This document shows positions 34,187 through 44,415 of a stretch of DNA of 64,000 nucleotides, piece after piece (within the stretch, counting starts at the first letter, position 1; every line of letters begins with the position of its first letter). Below the pieces are notes generated by a model that was not told where the DNA came from, ran no database searches, and saw only the letters and a list, made by a program, of their open reading frames with translations. The position numbers and the translations under genes are program-made. The stretch covers positions 1,760,001 through 1,824,000 of the forward strand of contig CBDDPY010000002.1 in NCBI GenBank assembly GCA_965232515.1, read 5' to 3'. The DNA is from Alphaproteobacteria bacterium (lineage in GTDB: Bacteria > Pseudomonadota > Alphaproteobacteria > GCA-2731375).

Positions 34187-35167
34187 TCACTTATTGGCGT
34201 TCCGTTCGCGCTGGATCTTGCGCCAGCGCCGGACGTTCTTCTGATGCTCGGCGAAGGTTCGCGCGAAGGCGTGACCGCCGCTGCCGTCGGCAACGAAATA
34301 AAGATCCTTGGTGGCGAGCGGACGCATCACGGCGGCAATCGCCGCCCGGCCGGGATTGGCGATCGGGCCCGGCGGCAGGCGCTTGATCACGTAGGTGTTG
34401 TATGCGGTCTTGGAGGTCAGGTCCTTCCGGCTCAACGGCCGGTCCAGCGGCTGCACGCCGTTGGTCAATCCGTAGGCCACCGTCGGGTCGGACTGCAGCC
34501 GCATGCCGCGTTTCAGCCGATTGACGAAGACGCCGGCGATGTGGGCCCGCTCGCCCGGCACCGCCGTTTCCTTTTCGACGATCGATGCCAGGATCAGGGC
34601 TTCCGCGGGCGACTGCAACGGCAGGTCCGGGGCGCGGTTCGTCCAGAGCTCCGCGAGCGCCGCGTCCATGGCCGCCGCCATGCGTGCGATCAGGGCCGAC
34701 CGGTCGTCGCCATAGGAGTAATGATAGGTCTCCGGCAGCAGCCGCCCCTCGCCCGGCGTCGTCGCGATTTCGCCGGCGAGACCGTCGGCTTTGGCGACCA
34801 GGTCGACAATCTCGGCCGTCAGCAGGCCTTCGGGAACCGTCAGCTTGCGCACAACGGTGACGCCGCCGACCAGCACGTCCATCACGCCGCGCATCGAGAT
34901 GCCAGCGGCGACACGATACTCGCCGGCCTTCAAATCGCCCTGCCGGTCGTACAGGCGAACGCCAATAGCAAACAGACGCGCGTCCGAAATGACGCCCGCC
35001 GTTTCCAGACGGCGCGCGATATCGACAAGGCCGCCGCCGCGCGGCAGCACCAACGTAACCTCGCTTTCGGCCGGGCCGGGCTGGGTGAATTGCCCATAGC
35101 CCCAGGCAAACAGTCCGCCGACCGCGAGGCCGGCAACAATCAACAGGCTGAGAAAAAGTCGAAGCAC
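34187..35167 (-). CDS. mltG: Endolytic transglycosylase MltG
   Basis: N-terminal TM, LKAGEY, EG.LLPETY, ASIVEKET, LQSDPT, YNTY..LPPGPIANPG, LYFVA. Confidence 0.94.
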   Translation of the reverse strand: MLRLFLSLLIVAGLAVGGLFAWGYGQFTQPGPAESEVTLVLPRGGGLVDIARRLETAGVISDARLFAIGVRLYDRQGDLKAGEYRVAAGISMRGVMDVLVGGVTVVRKLTVPEGLLTAEIVDLVAKADGLAGEIATTPGEGRLLPETYHYSYGDDRSALIARMAAAMDAALAELWTNRAPDLPLQSPAEALILASIVEKETAVPGERAHIAGVFVNRLKRGMRLQSDPTVAYGLTNGVQPLDRPLSRKDLTSKTAYNTYVIKRLPPGPIANPGRAAIAAVMRPLATKDLYFVADGSGGHAFARTFAEHQKNVRRWRKIQRERNANK

Positions 35168-35186
35168 GCGGCCCGACCCGTTCCGG

Positions 35187-36458
35187 TCAGGGCGCCGCGG
35201 AAAGCACCAGCGACGCGTTCGTTCCGCCGAAGCCGAACGAGTTGGACAGGACGTTCCGGATCGGCCGCTCGCGCGACTCCAGCGGCACCAGGTCGATGTC
35301 GTTGCAGCCGTCCGAAGGATTTTCGAGGTTCAGCGTCGGCGGCGCCACGCCGTCGCGCATGGCGAGGACGCTGAAGATCGCCTCGACACTGCCGGCGGCG
35401 CCCAGCAGATGGCCAATCGCCGACTTGGTCGAAGACATCGACAGATCAGCCACATCGGCGCCGAACAAGCGCTTGACGGCGCCGACCTCAATTTCGTCGC
35501 CGACCGGCGTCGACGTGCCGTGGGCATTGATGTAATCGATATCGCCGGGGCCGAACCCCGAGCTCTTCAGGGCCGCCTGCATTGACCGGAAAGCGCCGTC
35601 CCCATCTTCCGACGGCGCCGTGATGTGGTAGGCGTCGCCGGACATGCCATAGCCCTTGACCTCGGCATAGATCCGGGCGCCGCGGCGCTTGGCGTGCTCG
35701 AGCTCTTCCAGCACCACAATGCCGGAGCCCTCGCCCATGACGAACCCGTCACGGTCCTGGTCCCAGGGCCGCGATGCGCGGGTCGGCTCGTCGTTGAAAC
35801 TCGTCGACAAGGCCTTGCAGGCCGCGAAGCCGGCAATGCCCAGCCGCGAAATCGCCGCTTCCGAACCGCCGGCCACCATGACGTCGGCGTCGCCCCATTT
35901 GATCAGGCGGCTGGCGTCGCCGATGGCGTGCGCGCCGGTCGAGCAGGCTGTCACGACAGAATGGTTGGGGCCCTTGAAGCCGTAGCGGATCGAGACCTGA
36001 CCGGAGAGCAGGTTGATCAGCGAGCCCGGAATGAAGAACGGGCTGATCCGTCGCGGACCGCGCTCGTGCAGCGTGATCGCGGTCTCCGATATCGTCGGCA
36101 GACCGCCGATGCCGGATCCGATCATCACACCGGTGCGCTGACGGCTCTCTTCGTCTTCCGGCTGCCAGCCGGCATCATCCAGCGCCTGGACCGCGGCGGC
36201 CAGCCCCAGGATGATGAACTCGTCGATCCGCCGCTGCTCCTTGTGCGGGATCCAGTCGTCGATGTTGAAATCCGGCACCGCGGCGCCGCGCGGCACTTCG
36301 CAGGCGATCTTCGCCGGCAGATCCGATGTATCGAACTTCTGGATCCCCGCCGCCCCCGACTGCCCTTCAAGCAGGCGCGACCACACGGTCTCGAGGCCGA
36401 CGCCGAGCGGCGTGACCAGGCCCATGCCGGTAATAACGACGCGTCTGCTCTCGGTCAT
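35187..36458 (-). CDS. fabF: Beta-ketoacyl-ACP synthase II
   Basis: RVVITGMG, TACSTG, NAHGTST, KSAIGHLLGAAG, SNSFGFGG. Confidence 0.96.
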   Translation of the reverse strand: MTESRRVVITGMGLVTPLGVGLETVWSRLLEGQSGAAGIQKFDTSDLPAKIACEVPRGAAVPDFNIDDWIPHKEQRRIDEFIILGLAAAVQALDDAGWQPEDEESRQRTGVMIGSGIGGLPTISETAITLHERGPRRISPFFIPGSLINLLSGQVSIRYGFKGPNHSVVTACSTGAHAIGDASRLIKWGDADVMVAGGSEAAISRLGIAGFAACKALSTSFNDEPTRASRPWDQDRDGFVMGEGSGIVVLEELEHAKRRGARIYAEVKGYGMSGDAYHITAPSEDGDGAFRSMQAALKSSGFGPGDIDYINAHGTSTPVGDEIEVGAVKRLFGADVADLSMSSTKSAIGHLLGAAGSVEAIFSVLAMRDGVAPPTLNLENPSDGCNDIDLVPLESRERPIRNVLSNSFGFGGTNASLVLSAAP

Positions 36459-36506
36459 CTGAAGCTATGCCAGGCCAATGTCCGGGGCGGGAACCGAGGC
36501 GAACGG

Positions 36507-36743
36507 TTAGGAACCGTTTTCCTCGATGAAGCTGATCGCGTCCTTCACGGTCAGGATCTTCTCCGCGGCGTCATCCGGGATCTCGATCCCGAACTCCTCT
36601 TCGAACGCCATGACCAGCTCGACGGTATCGAGACTGTCGGCGCCGAGGTCATCGATGAAACTCGCCCCGTCGCTGACCTTGTCTTCTTCGACTCCGAGAT
36701 GCTCGACAACGATTTTTTTGACGCGGTCGGCAATATCACTCAT
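36507..36743 (-). CDS. acpP: Acyl carrier protein
   Basis: [20 protein letters not shown]. Confidence 0.97.
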   Translation of the reverse strand: MSDIADRVKKIVVEHLGVEEDKVSDGASFIDDLGADSLDTVELVMAFEEEFGIEIPDDAAEKILTVKDAISFIEENGS

Positions 36744-36901
36744 TCAGATAACCCTCGCGTTTCCGTAGGTTTTTCGCTTGTCCAAAAGCTTCGGCGATCA
36801 AAACGAGGTCTGCCGGAGCCGAAAAAAGCGACGCTTGGTAACACATAATTTTTACCTTGGCCAGCGCCAGCGAGCGCCATCCAAACAACCGTGAATCCCA
36901 G

Positions 36902-37639
36902 CTAAATCATAGCCATGCCGCCGTTTACATGCAGGGTCTGACCGGTGACATAGGCGGCCTCGTCGCCGGCCAGAAAGACCACGCAGGCCGCGACATCCTC
37001 GGGCACACCCAGACGGCCCATGGGCACGGCGGCCAGCAACTTCTCGTGCTGCGCCTCGCCCAGGGCGTCCGTCATCGCGGTTTCGATGAATCCGGGCGCG
37101 ACGCAATTGACGGTGATGCCGCGGTTCGCCACCTCGGCGGCGAGCGACTTGCTCATCCCGATCATCCCGGCTTTGGCCGCGGCATAGTTGGCCTGGCCAG
37201 GATTGCCGGTGACGCCGACGATCGAGGTGATATTGACGATTCGCCCCCAGCGCGCCTTCATCATGCCGCGCATGGCCGCGCGGCAGAGCCGGAACGCCGC
37301 GGAAAGATTGACGTCCAGCACCGTCTGCCAGTCCTCATCCTTCAGTCGCAGCGCCAGATTGTCCCGGGTCAGACCGGCATTGTTGACCAGGATATCGACC
37401 CGGCCGACCGCCGCCTCGGCATCGGCGATCAGGCCGCCGACCGCCTCCGCGTCCGACAGGTCGCAGGGCGTCACAGAGGCACGCTCGCCGAGCTCGGCAG
37501 CTAGCGCGTCGAGCGCCTCGCGCCGCGTGCCGGAGAGCGCCACATTGGCGCCGGCGCCGTGCAGGGCTTTGGCGATGGCGCCACCGATGCCCCCGGACGC
37601 GCCCGTGACCAGGGCGCCCTTGCCGGACAAGTTGAACAT
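36902..37639 (-). CDS. fabG: 3-oxoacyl-ACP reductase
   Basis: TGASGGIG, NNAG, GNPGQANYAAAK, VNGGM; between fabD and acpP. Confidence 0.95.
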   Translation of the reverse strand: MFNLSGKGALVTGASGGIGGAIAKALHGAGANVALSGTRREALDALAAELGERASVTPCDLSDAEAVGGLIADAEAAVGRVDILVNNAGLTRDNLALRLKDEDWQTVLDVNLSAAFRLCRAAMRGMMKARWGRIVNITSIVGVTGNPGQANYAAAKAGMIGMSKSLAAEVANRGITVNCVAPGFIETAMTDALGEAQHEKLLAAVPMGRLGVPEDVAACVVFLAGDEAAYVTGQTLHVNGGMAMI

Positions 37640-37676
37640 TGCGGCCTCCTTCCCGTCTGACGCCGAACGCAATCGC

Positions 37677-38618
37677 CTACAGCGTCTTCAGAAACTGATC
37701 GATATCGTCGGGCGTCGAGATCGGCGTGCCGCTCAGCTCCCGATCGATGCGGCGCAGCATGCCCGTCAGCACCTTGCCGACGCCGAGCTCGACCAGATTG
37801 TCGACGTCTTCGGATTTCATGAACAGGACGCTCTCCCGCCAGCGCACCATGGCCGTCACCTGCCGGACCAGCAGGTCGGCGACCTCGTCCGGCTTATCGA
37901 CCGCCGCCGCGGTCACGTTCGCGACCAGCGGCACCGCCGGCGCCGACATGTCAGTGCTGTCCAGGGCTTCGGCCATGACGTCGGCGGCGGGCTGCATCAG
38001 GGCACAATGGAACGGCGCGCTGACCGGCAGCAGGATCGACCGGCGGCCGCCCCGCTCCTTGGCCAGCTCGACCGCGCGTTCGACGGCCGTCCGGTGGCCG
38101 CTGACCACGACCTGGCCCTCGGCGTTGTCGTTGGCCGGCTCGCAAACATCGTCGCCCGCGGCCGCCTCGGCAACTTCACGGGCATCCTCGAACGACAGGC
38201 CTAGCAGCGCCGCCATGGCGCCGACGCCGACCGGCACCGCCGCCTGCATCGCTTCGCCGCGGCGGCGAAGCAGCCTGGCCGTATCCGACAGCGACAGGGC
38301 GCCGGCCGCACAGAGCGCCGAATACTCGCCCAGACTGTGGCCCGCCACATAGGCGGCCTTCTTCGGCAGTTCGACGCCGCCGTCGTTCTCGAGCACCCGC
38401 ATGACCGCCACCGAAACCGCCATCAAGGCGGGCTGGGCATTCGCCGTCAGGGTCAGTTCGTCCTCGGGACCCTCGAACATCAGCTTGGAGAGGCGCTGTT
38501 CCAGCGCTTCATCGACTTCCTCGAAGACGTACCGGGCCGTCGGCAATGCCTCCGCCAGCTCCTTGCCCATGCCGACGGCCTGGGATCCCTGACCGGGAAA
38601 AACGAATGCGCGCGCCAT
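37677..38618 (-). CDS. fabD: Malonyl-CoA:ACP transacylase
   Basis: FPGQGSQ, AGHSLGEY, VSAPFHC, VRWRE. Confidence 0.96.
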   Translation of the reverse strand: MARAFVFPGQGSQAVGMGKELAEALPTARYVFEEVDEALEQRLSKLMFEGPEDELTLTANAQPALMAVSVAVMRVLENDGGVELPKKAAYVAGHSLGEYSALCAAGALSLSDTARLLRRRGEAMQAAVPVGVGAMAALLGLSFEDAREVAEAAAGDDVCEPANDNAEGQVVVSGHRTAVERAVELAKERGGRRSILLPVSAPFHCALMQPAADVMAEALDSTDMSAPAVPLVANVTAAAVDKPDEVADLLVRQVTAMVRWRESVLFMKSEDVDNLVELGVGKVLTGMLRRIDRELSGTPISTPDDIDQFLKTL

Positions 38619-38679
38619 TGTCCGAATTCTGTTGTTTTGCTTGACCGCCCGAGGATGACGAAATGGTTAAGGCGACCGA

Positions 38680-38741
38680 TACATACTCTTGCGGTCGTTC
38701 CTGTCAAGGCGGCTTGAACCGGCAGGCCGTTCGTGTATAAG
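38680..38741. promoter_or_regulatory. Back-to-back sigma70-like promoters for fabD (-) and rpsF (+)
   Basis: Minus: TTGACA (38707-38702)-N16-TATGTA; plus: TTGAAC (38714)-N16-TATAAG (38736). Confidence 0.55.
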
Positions 38742-38847
38742 TGCCGCCGCCGCAAACAGCGCGGTCCCCTTGGGATCATTTGGGCTGGAGCCATGGACGC
38801 CGGCTTCCGCGGCAGATCAAGCCGGCAATTGGAGACGATCGAACGGC

Positions 38848-39318
38848 ATGCCGTATTACGAAAACGTGTTCATCGCACGTCAGGACATCTCGGGCCAGCA
38901 AGTCGACGGCCTGATCGAAAGCTTCGGCGAAATCATCAATCAAGGTGGCGGCAAGGTCGCCAAGCACGAGTATTGGGGTCTGAAGAACCTGTCCTACAGG
39001 ATCAAGAAGAACCGAAAAGGCCACTATGTGCTTATGAACGTCGACGCGCCGGCCGACGCCGTCCTCGAGATGGAGCGCAATATGCGTCTCAACGAGGACA
39101 TCATCCGTTTCATGACCGTCCGTGTCGACGCGCTGGAGGAAGGTCCGTCAGCCATGATGCAGAGCCGGTCTTCCCGTGACGGCCGCGACCGGCGCGGCGA
39201 TCGGGGGCCGCGCGACCGTCGGGACGACCGGCGCGACGATCGCCGGGACGGACCGCGTGAGCCAAGGCCGGCGCCGACGCCTGCCGCGGCGGATGCGGCG
39301 CCGAAGGAGGCCGACTGA
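38848..39318 (+). CDS. rpsF: 30S ribosomal protein S6
   Basis: [33 protein letters not shown]; R/D-rich tail. Confidence 0.97.
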   Translation: MPYYENVFIARQDISGQQVDGLIESFGEIINQGGGKVAKHEYWGLKNLSYRIKKNRKGHYVLMNVDAPADAVLEMERNMRLNEDIIRFMTVRVDALEEGPSAMMQSRSSRDGRDRRGDRGPRDRRDDRRDDRRDGPREPRPAPTPAAADAAPKEAD

Positions 39319-39575
39319 TGGCACAGGATATCAAGATCAGCCAACTGCCGATCCGGCGCCCGTTCCATCGCCGGCGCAAGACCTGCCCATTTTCCGGGGC
39401 CGGCGCGCCGAAGATTGACTACAAGGACGTGAAGCTGTTGCAGCGCTTCGTGTCGGAGCGCGGCAAGATCGTTCCCAGCCGCATCACCGCGGTTTCGGCC
39501 AAGAAACAGCGGGAGCTGGCCCGGGCGATCAAGCGTGCGCGTAACCTGGCGCTGCTGCCGTTCGTGATCCAGTAG
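39318..39575 (+). CDS. rpsR: 30S ribosomal protein S18
   Basis: [36 protein letters not shown]. Confidence 0.97.
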   Translation: MAQDIKISQLPIRRPFHRRRKTCPFSGAGAPKIDYKDVKLLQRFVSERGKIVPSRITAVSAKKQRELARAIKRARNLALLPFVIQ

Positions 39576-39612
39576 CCGCCCGTCGGCCTCGGCCGACCGG
39601 CGCGTGCCAGCG

Positions 39613-40593
39613 ATGCCGCAGCAGACCACGATGGCGATCGCCGCCGGCGGCGTTAGCGCGCTGCTGTTCTTTGGCTTGTTCGCCGGCTTCTTTCCGGGTG
39701 CGCCGCTCGCCGCCCTGACCGCGGTGCCGCTATTCGCGGCCGGATTGGGGATCGGCCTGCCGGCCGCCATTACGGCCTCGGTTTCCGGCGCCGTCGTCAT
39801 CGCGGTGGTGGTCACGGTGATGGCGACCGGCGACCAGAGCTTTCTGCCGGCCGTCGCGACGTTTCTTGCCCTTCACGCCGTGCCCGCCATGCTCCTCAGC
39901 CGGCAAGCCCTGCTTTCGCGGCAAACGCCGCAGGGTCAGGAATGGTATCCGGCCGGGCTGCTGGTGACCTGGCTGGCAGGCATCGTCGCCGGTTATTTTG
40001 CCCTCGCGCTGGTAATTTTCGCCCTGCAGGGTCCCGGTCTGCTGGCTGTCATCGAGAGCCTGATTGCGGCCACCGCCCAGGCGCTGAGCGACGCCAATCC
40101 CGATCTGTTCGGCGCGCAGGGTCCGATCTCGCCGGAGAACATCCCCGCCATCGCGCCGTTCATTCCAGGCATTTTTGCCGCCTCGATCATGGTCTTCGTG
40201 GTGATCAGCGGCGCCGTGGCGCAATCGCTGCTGACGCGCTTCAAGCGAAACATCCGACCCAGCGGCGGCTTCACCGAGCTCGAGCTGCCGATGCCGATGC
40301 TCTATGCGTTCGGCGTCTCGCTGGCGCTGTCGTTGACGGGCGGCAGCCTGGGCATGATCGGGAAGACGCTTGCAGTAATCCTGGCGGTGGCGTATCTCCT
40401 GCAGGGACTGGCGGTGCTGCATGCCTGGGCGCGCCGCTGGAAGGGCGCGGCCATCGTGTTGACGCTGCTTTACCTGGCATTGATTTTGGTTTGGCCGGCC
40501 CCGGCTCTGGTGGTCGGTCTCGGTCTCGTCGAACAAGTGGCCCACCTGCGCCGGCGCGGCGCTGGCGGCGGCCCCGGCGCGGAGGATGAATGA
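39613..40593 (+). CDS. DUF2232-like membrane protein
   Basis: Multi-[16 protein letters not shown]; conserved slot between rpsR and rplI. Confidence 0.8.
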   Translation: MPQQTTMAIAAGGVSALLFFGLFAGFFPGAPLAALTAVPLFAAGLGIGLPAAITASVSGAVVIAVVVTVMATGDQSFLPAVATFLALHAVPAMLLSRQALLSRQTPQGQEWYPAGLLVTWLAGIVAGYFALALVIFALQGPGLLAVIESLIAATAQALSDANPDLFGAQGPISPENIPAIAPFIPGIFAASIMVFVVISGAVAQSLLTRFKRNIRPSGGFTELELPMPMLYAFGVSLALSLTGGSLGMIGKTLAVILAVAYLLQGLAVLHAWARRWKGAAIVLTLLYLALILVWPAPALVVGLGLVEQVAHLRRRGAGGGPGAEDE

Positions 40594-41204
40594 TGGAAGT
40601 GATTTTGCTGGAGCGCATCGAGCGGCTCGGTCAGATGGGCGACGTCGTCAGGGTTAAGGACGGCTATGCCCGCAATTATCTGCTGCCGCAGAAGAAAGCG
40701 TTGCGCGCCACCAAGGACAACATGTCCCATTTCGAGGGCCAGCGGGCCCAGCTCGAGGCGCAGAACCTGGAGCGGCGGAACGAGGCCGAAGCCGCGGCCG
40801 AAAAGATGGCGGGCCTGAGCTGCGTGCTGGTGCGCCAGGCCAGCGATATGGGTCAGCTCTATGGCTCGGTTTCCTCGCGCGACATTGCCGATGCCTTGGA
40901 CGAAGACGGCGTCAAGATCGACAAGCGCCAGGTCTCGTTGGACCGGCCGATCAAGACCCTCGGCATACACGGCGTCCGGATCGTCCTGCACCCCGAGGTA
41001 TTCGTGCAGGTCGACGTCAACGTCGCCCGCAGCGAGGCCGAGGCCGAGCAACAGGCCGCAGAAGCCACGGATCTGTTTGAGGACGAGGAGGCCGCGGCGG
41101 CGGCGCAAGCCGAGGCCGAAGAGGTCATTGCCGATGCCGACACGGACGCGCCCGAGGCCGCCGTCGACGACACCGCCGAGCCGGAGCCCGACAACGCGAG
41201 TTAG
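40593..41204 (+). CDS. rplI: 50S ribosomal protein L9
   Basis: [32 protein letters not shown]; acidic tail. Confidence 0.97.
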   Translation: MEVILLERIERLGQMGDVVRVKDGYARNYLLPQKKALRATKDNMSHFEGQRAQLEAQNLERRNEAEAAAEKMAGLSCVLVRQASDMGQLYGSVSSRDIADALDEDGVKIDKRQVSLDRPIKTLGIHGVRIVLHPEVFVQVDVNVARSEAEAEQQAAEATDLFEDEEAAAAAQAEAEEVIADADTDAPEAAVDDTAEPEPDNAS

Positions 41205-41422
41205 CCCCTGGATTAACCATGTTTGGCCGGCGCGGGCGGCGGGACTCAGGTCCCTGGCCGCCCGTTGTCATTTTTGGCCGCGCCTGCGTCCCAAAACCGA
41301 CACACTTGCACCGGTCATGATCTGGGGTAACATTCCTGTGATGGTTCTTTTCTGAACAGCCGCGACGCGGCTGTTTTGCGGTGGACCGCCGGTCCACAAG
41401 GGAGGATGGGGCCGAGGAATAG

Positions 41423-42664
41423 ATGCTGCTGGCGCGAATGCTCGATCATGTGATCCGGGCTGGCAAACTAACGCTGATCGATGCCACTGGCCGGATACAC
41501 ATATTTGAAGGCGACCGTGACGGTCCGGACGTACAGATTCGACTGACCGACACGGCGCTGCACAGACGAATTCCGCTTCAACCCGTGCTGGCCATGGGCG
41601 AAGCCTATATGAACGGCACGCTGGTTATCGAGGATGGCAGCCTGCGGGATTTCATCGAAATCTTTGCGATGAACTTCGGCTGGCGGCATCATCCGCACTG
41701 GCTGCCGGCTCTGATGTATAGCTGGCGCAAGCTCTGCCGCGTGTTCGCGCAGTACAATCCGGTGCCGCGCGCGCGCCGGAACGTGGCGCACCACTACGAC
41801 CTCTCCGACACGCTGTACGATCTGTTCCTGGACCACGATCGGCAGTATTCCTGCGCCTATTTCGCCGACCCCAGCGACGATCTCGAGACGGCGCAGCTAC
41901 AGAAGAAGAACCACATTGCCGCGAAGCTGCTGCTGCGCCCGGGCCAGAAGGTGCTCGACATCGGCTCAGGCTGGGGTGGGCTGGGACTGCATTTGGCCCA
42001 GGTGGGCAATGCCAACGTGACCGGCGTCACCCTATCTGAGCATCAGCATGTCTATTCCAATGCCCGGGCGCAACGCGCCGGCATCGGCGAGCGTGTGCGA
42101 TTCGAACTGTGTGACTATCGCGAGCTGGACGGCAGCTACGACCGCATCGTCTCGGTCGGCATGTTCGAGCATGTCGGCATCCGTCACTATCGGACGTTCT
42201 TCGACAAGCTGAACCAACTTTTGGCCGACGACGGCGTGGCGCTGCTGCATACGATCGGACGGGCGGAAGGCCCCGGGGCGACCGATCCGTTCGTCGACAA
42301 ATACATCTTCCCCGGCGGTTACTCGCCTGCCCTGTCGGAGGTGACACCGGTGATCGAACGCGCGGGCTTCTACATCACCGACATCGAAGTGCTGCGGCTG
42401 CACTACGCCGAGACGCTGAGGTGCTGGCACGAGAACTTCCAGCGCAACCGCGACAAGGTGCGCGAGATCTATGACGAGCGGTTCTGCCGCATGTGGGAAG
42501 CCTATCTTGTCGGTGCGGAAATGGCCTTCCGCCATGTCGGCCACGTGGTCTTCCAGATCCAGCTCGCCAAGCGCCAGGACGTCGTGCCGCTGACCCGCGA
42601 CTACATCACCGACTTCGATCGTGCCGGAATGCGGCCGGCCACGCGGGTAGCCCGCACCGGGTGA
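41423..42664 (+). CDS. cfa: Cyclopropane-fatty-acyl-phospholipid synthase family SAM methyltransferase
   Basis: NVAHHYDL, YSCAYF, LDIGSGWGG, VSVGMFEHVG, KYIFPGG, HYAETL..W. Confidence 0.9.
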   Translation: MLLARMLDHVIRAGKLTLIDATGRIHIFEGDRDGPDVQIRLTDTALHRRIPLQPVLAMGEAYMNGTLVIEDGSLRDFIEIFAMNFGWRHHPHWLPALMYSWRKLCRVFAQYNPVPRARRNVAHHYDLSDTLYDLFLDHDRQYSCAYFADPSDDLETAQLQKKNHIAAKLLLRPGQKVLDIGSGWGGLGLHLAQVGNANVTGVTLSEHQHVYSNARAQRAGIGERVRFELCDYRELDGSYDRIVSVGMFEHVGIRHYRTFFDKLNQLLADDGVALLHTIGRAEGPGATDPFVDKYIFPGGYSPALSEVTPVIERAGFYITDIEVLRLHYAETLRCWHENFQRNRDKVREIYDERFCRMWEAYLVGAEMAFRHVGHVVFQIQLAKRQDVVPLTRDYITDFDRAGMRPATRVARTG

Positions 42665-42737
42665 TTCGCCGCAATCGGCGCGTGCGCCATCCGACTGCGT
42701 CGATTTCGACGTCCCGTCTCCAAGGGCCCGCTTTGTG

Positions 42738-42845
42738 TTGTCCACCGCACACTTGGCGCCGCCATCCAGCGTGAACCCCACAATCGCCTTGGCAAGCCCG
42801 CCGCGATCCCCAAAACTGTCCACATGTGGACGTCGGCCATCCACG
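42738..42845. promoter_or_regulatory. Cluster of DnaA-box-like 9-mers upstream of dnaB
   Basis: TTGTCCACC 42738, CGATCCCCA 42804, CTGTCCACA 42816 abutting inverted TGTGGACGT 42825, CCATCCACG 42837. Confidence 0.55.
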
Positions 42846-42912
42846 ACTTAGTTTCATCGTCAGGTTTGTCGGCGGCGCTTCGGCGGCCGAGCCGTGATAT
42901 GGTCCGCGCCCC

Positions 42913-44415
42913 ATGAGTAACGAGCCAGTGACCACCCCCTTGAGCGCCGTCGACATCGATCCCGATGTCGGCGACTACCGCGAGCAGCCGCACAACATCG
43001 AAGCCGAACAGGCGCTGCTGGGCGCCCTTCTCGTCAACAACGAGGCGCTCAGCCGGGTCGGCGACTATCTGCAAGAAGGGCACTTTTTTCAGCCGGTGCA
43101 TGCCCGCATCTATGCGGCCGCCGTCAAGCTGATCGAGCGGGGCCAGATCGCCAACCCGGTAACGCTCAAACACTTCTTCGAAAACGACGAAGCGCTGACC
43201 GACGTCGGTGGCGCGCAGTATCTGGTCCGTCTGGCCGGCGCGGCGGTCAGCGTCATCAACGTCGACCACTACGGCCGCACCATCTACGACCTGGCCATGC
43301 GGCGCAGCCTGATCACGATTGGCGAGGATGTCGTTAATCGAGCCTATGACGCCGATGTCGACGATCCCGCGAAGGCGCAGCTCGAATCGGCCGAAAGTCA
43401 ACTTTTCCGGCTGGCCGAGTCGGGTCGGCACGAGGGCGGCTTCCGCGATTTCGGTTCGGCGCTGGCCGAGGCCATCGAGATGGCCGATATCGCCCTGCAA
43501 AGCGACGGCGAGGTCACGGGCGTCGCCACGGGTTTGCTCGATCTCGACGCCAAGCTCGGCGGCCTTCATCCATCGGATCTGATCATCCTCGCGGCCCGGC
43601 CGGCCATGGGTAAGACGTCGCTCGCGACCAACATCGCCTTTCACGCCGCCAGCAGTTTTCGCCAGGAGGTCGACGAGGCCGGCAACAAGACCGTGCTGGA
43701 CGGCGCCGTCGTTGGCTTCTTCAGCCTGGAGATGTCGGCCGAGCAGCTCGCCACCCGTATCCTCGCGGAACAGGCCGAGATCGCCTCCGACCGGATTCGC
43801 CGCGGCGCCATCAAGGTCGAGGATTTCAGCCGCCTGGTGCGGGCAAGCCAGCAGCTGAGCGAGCTGCCGCTGTTCATCGACGACACGCCGGCGCTGACGA
43901 TTTCGGCCCTGCGCACCCGGGCCCGGCGGCTGAAGCGCAACCACGGCCTCGGCATGGTCGTGGTCGATTATCTGCAGCTGCTGCGGCCGAGCGACCGGAC
44001 CGAGAACCGGGTGCAGGAGATCTCCGAGATCACCCAGGGGCTGAAGGCGCTGGCCAAGGACCTCAATGTGCCGGTGCTGGCCCTGTCCCAGCTCTCCCGC
44101 GCCGTCGAGCAGCGCGAGGACAAGCGGCCGCAGCTTGCCGACCTGCGCGAATCCGGATCCATCGAACAGGATGCCGACGTGGTAATGTTCATCTACCGCG
44201 AGGAGTACTATCACGAGCGCAAGCAGCCCGAGCCGGACACGCCGGAGCACGCCGAGTGGCGTGAGAAGGCGGAGCGTATTCACGGCGTCGCCGAGGTGAT
44301 CGTCGGCAAGCAGCGTCACGGCCCGACCGGCACGGTCAACCTGCAATTCGAGCGCGAGATCACCAAGTTCCGAAACCTTGAGCCGGCCGAACGCATACCC
44401 GATGCCGTCATCTGA
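42913..44415 (+). CDS. dnaB: Replicative DNA helicase
   Basis: PHNIEAEQALLG, AARPAMGKT, FSLEMS, VDYLQL, LSQLSR, DLRESGSIEQDAD, KQRHGP; no intein. Confidence 0.97.
   Translation: MSNEPVTTPLSAVDIDPDVGDYREQPHNIEAEQALLGALLVNNEALSRVGDYLQEGHFFQPVHARIYAAAVKLIERGQIANPVTLKHFFENDEALTDVGGAQYLVRLAGAAVSVINVDHYGRTIYDLAMRRSLITIGEDVVNRAYDADVDDPAKAQLESAESQLFRLAESGRHEGGFRDFGSALAEAIEMADIALQSDGEVTGVATGLLDLDAKLGGLHPSDLIILAARPAMGKTSLATNIAFHAASSFRQEVDEAGNKTVLDGAVVGFFSLEMSAEQLATRILAEQAEIASDRIRRGAIKVEDFSRLVRASQQLSELPLFIDDTPALTISALRTRARRLKRNHGLGMVVVDYLQLLRPSDRTENRVQEISEITQGLKALAKDLNVPVLALSQLSRAVEQREDKRPQLADLRESGSIEQDADVVMFIYREEYYHERKQPEPDTPEHAEWREKAERIHGVAEVIVGKQRHGPTGTVNLQFEREITKFRNLEPAERIPDAVI

Noticed and set aside
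39170-39260. Quasi-repeats ([10 protein letters not shown]) in rpsF resembling a tandem repeat or CRISPR
   Set aside because: Low-complexity S6 tail common in Alphaproteobacteria; no repeat-spacer structure
41423-42664. cfa between rplI and dnaB as a novelty
   Set aside because: To my recollection this arrangement occurs in other Alphaproteobacteria
42665-42912. oriC candidate
   Set aside because: DnaA-like boxes are present, but there is no AT-rich unwinding element or hemE/dnaA context
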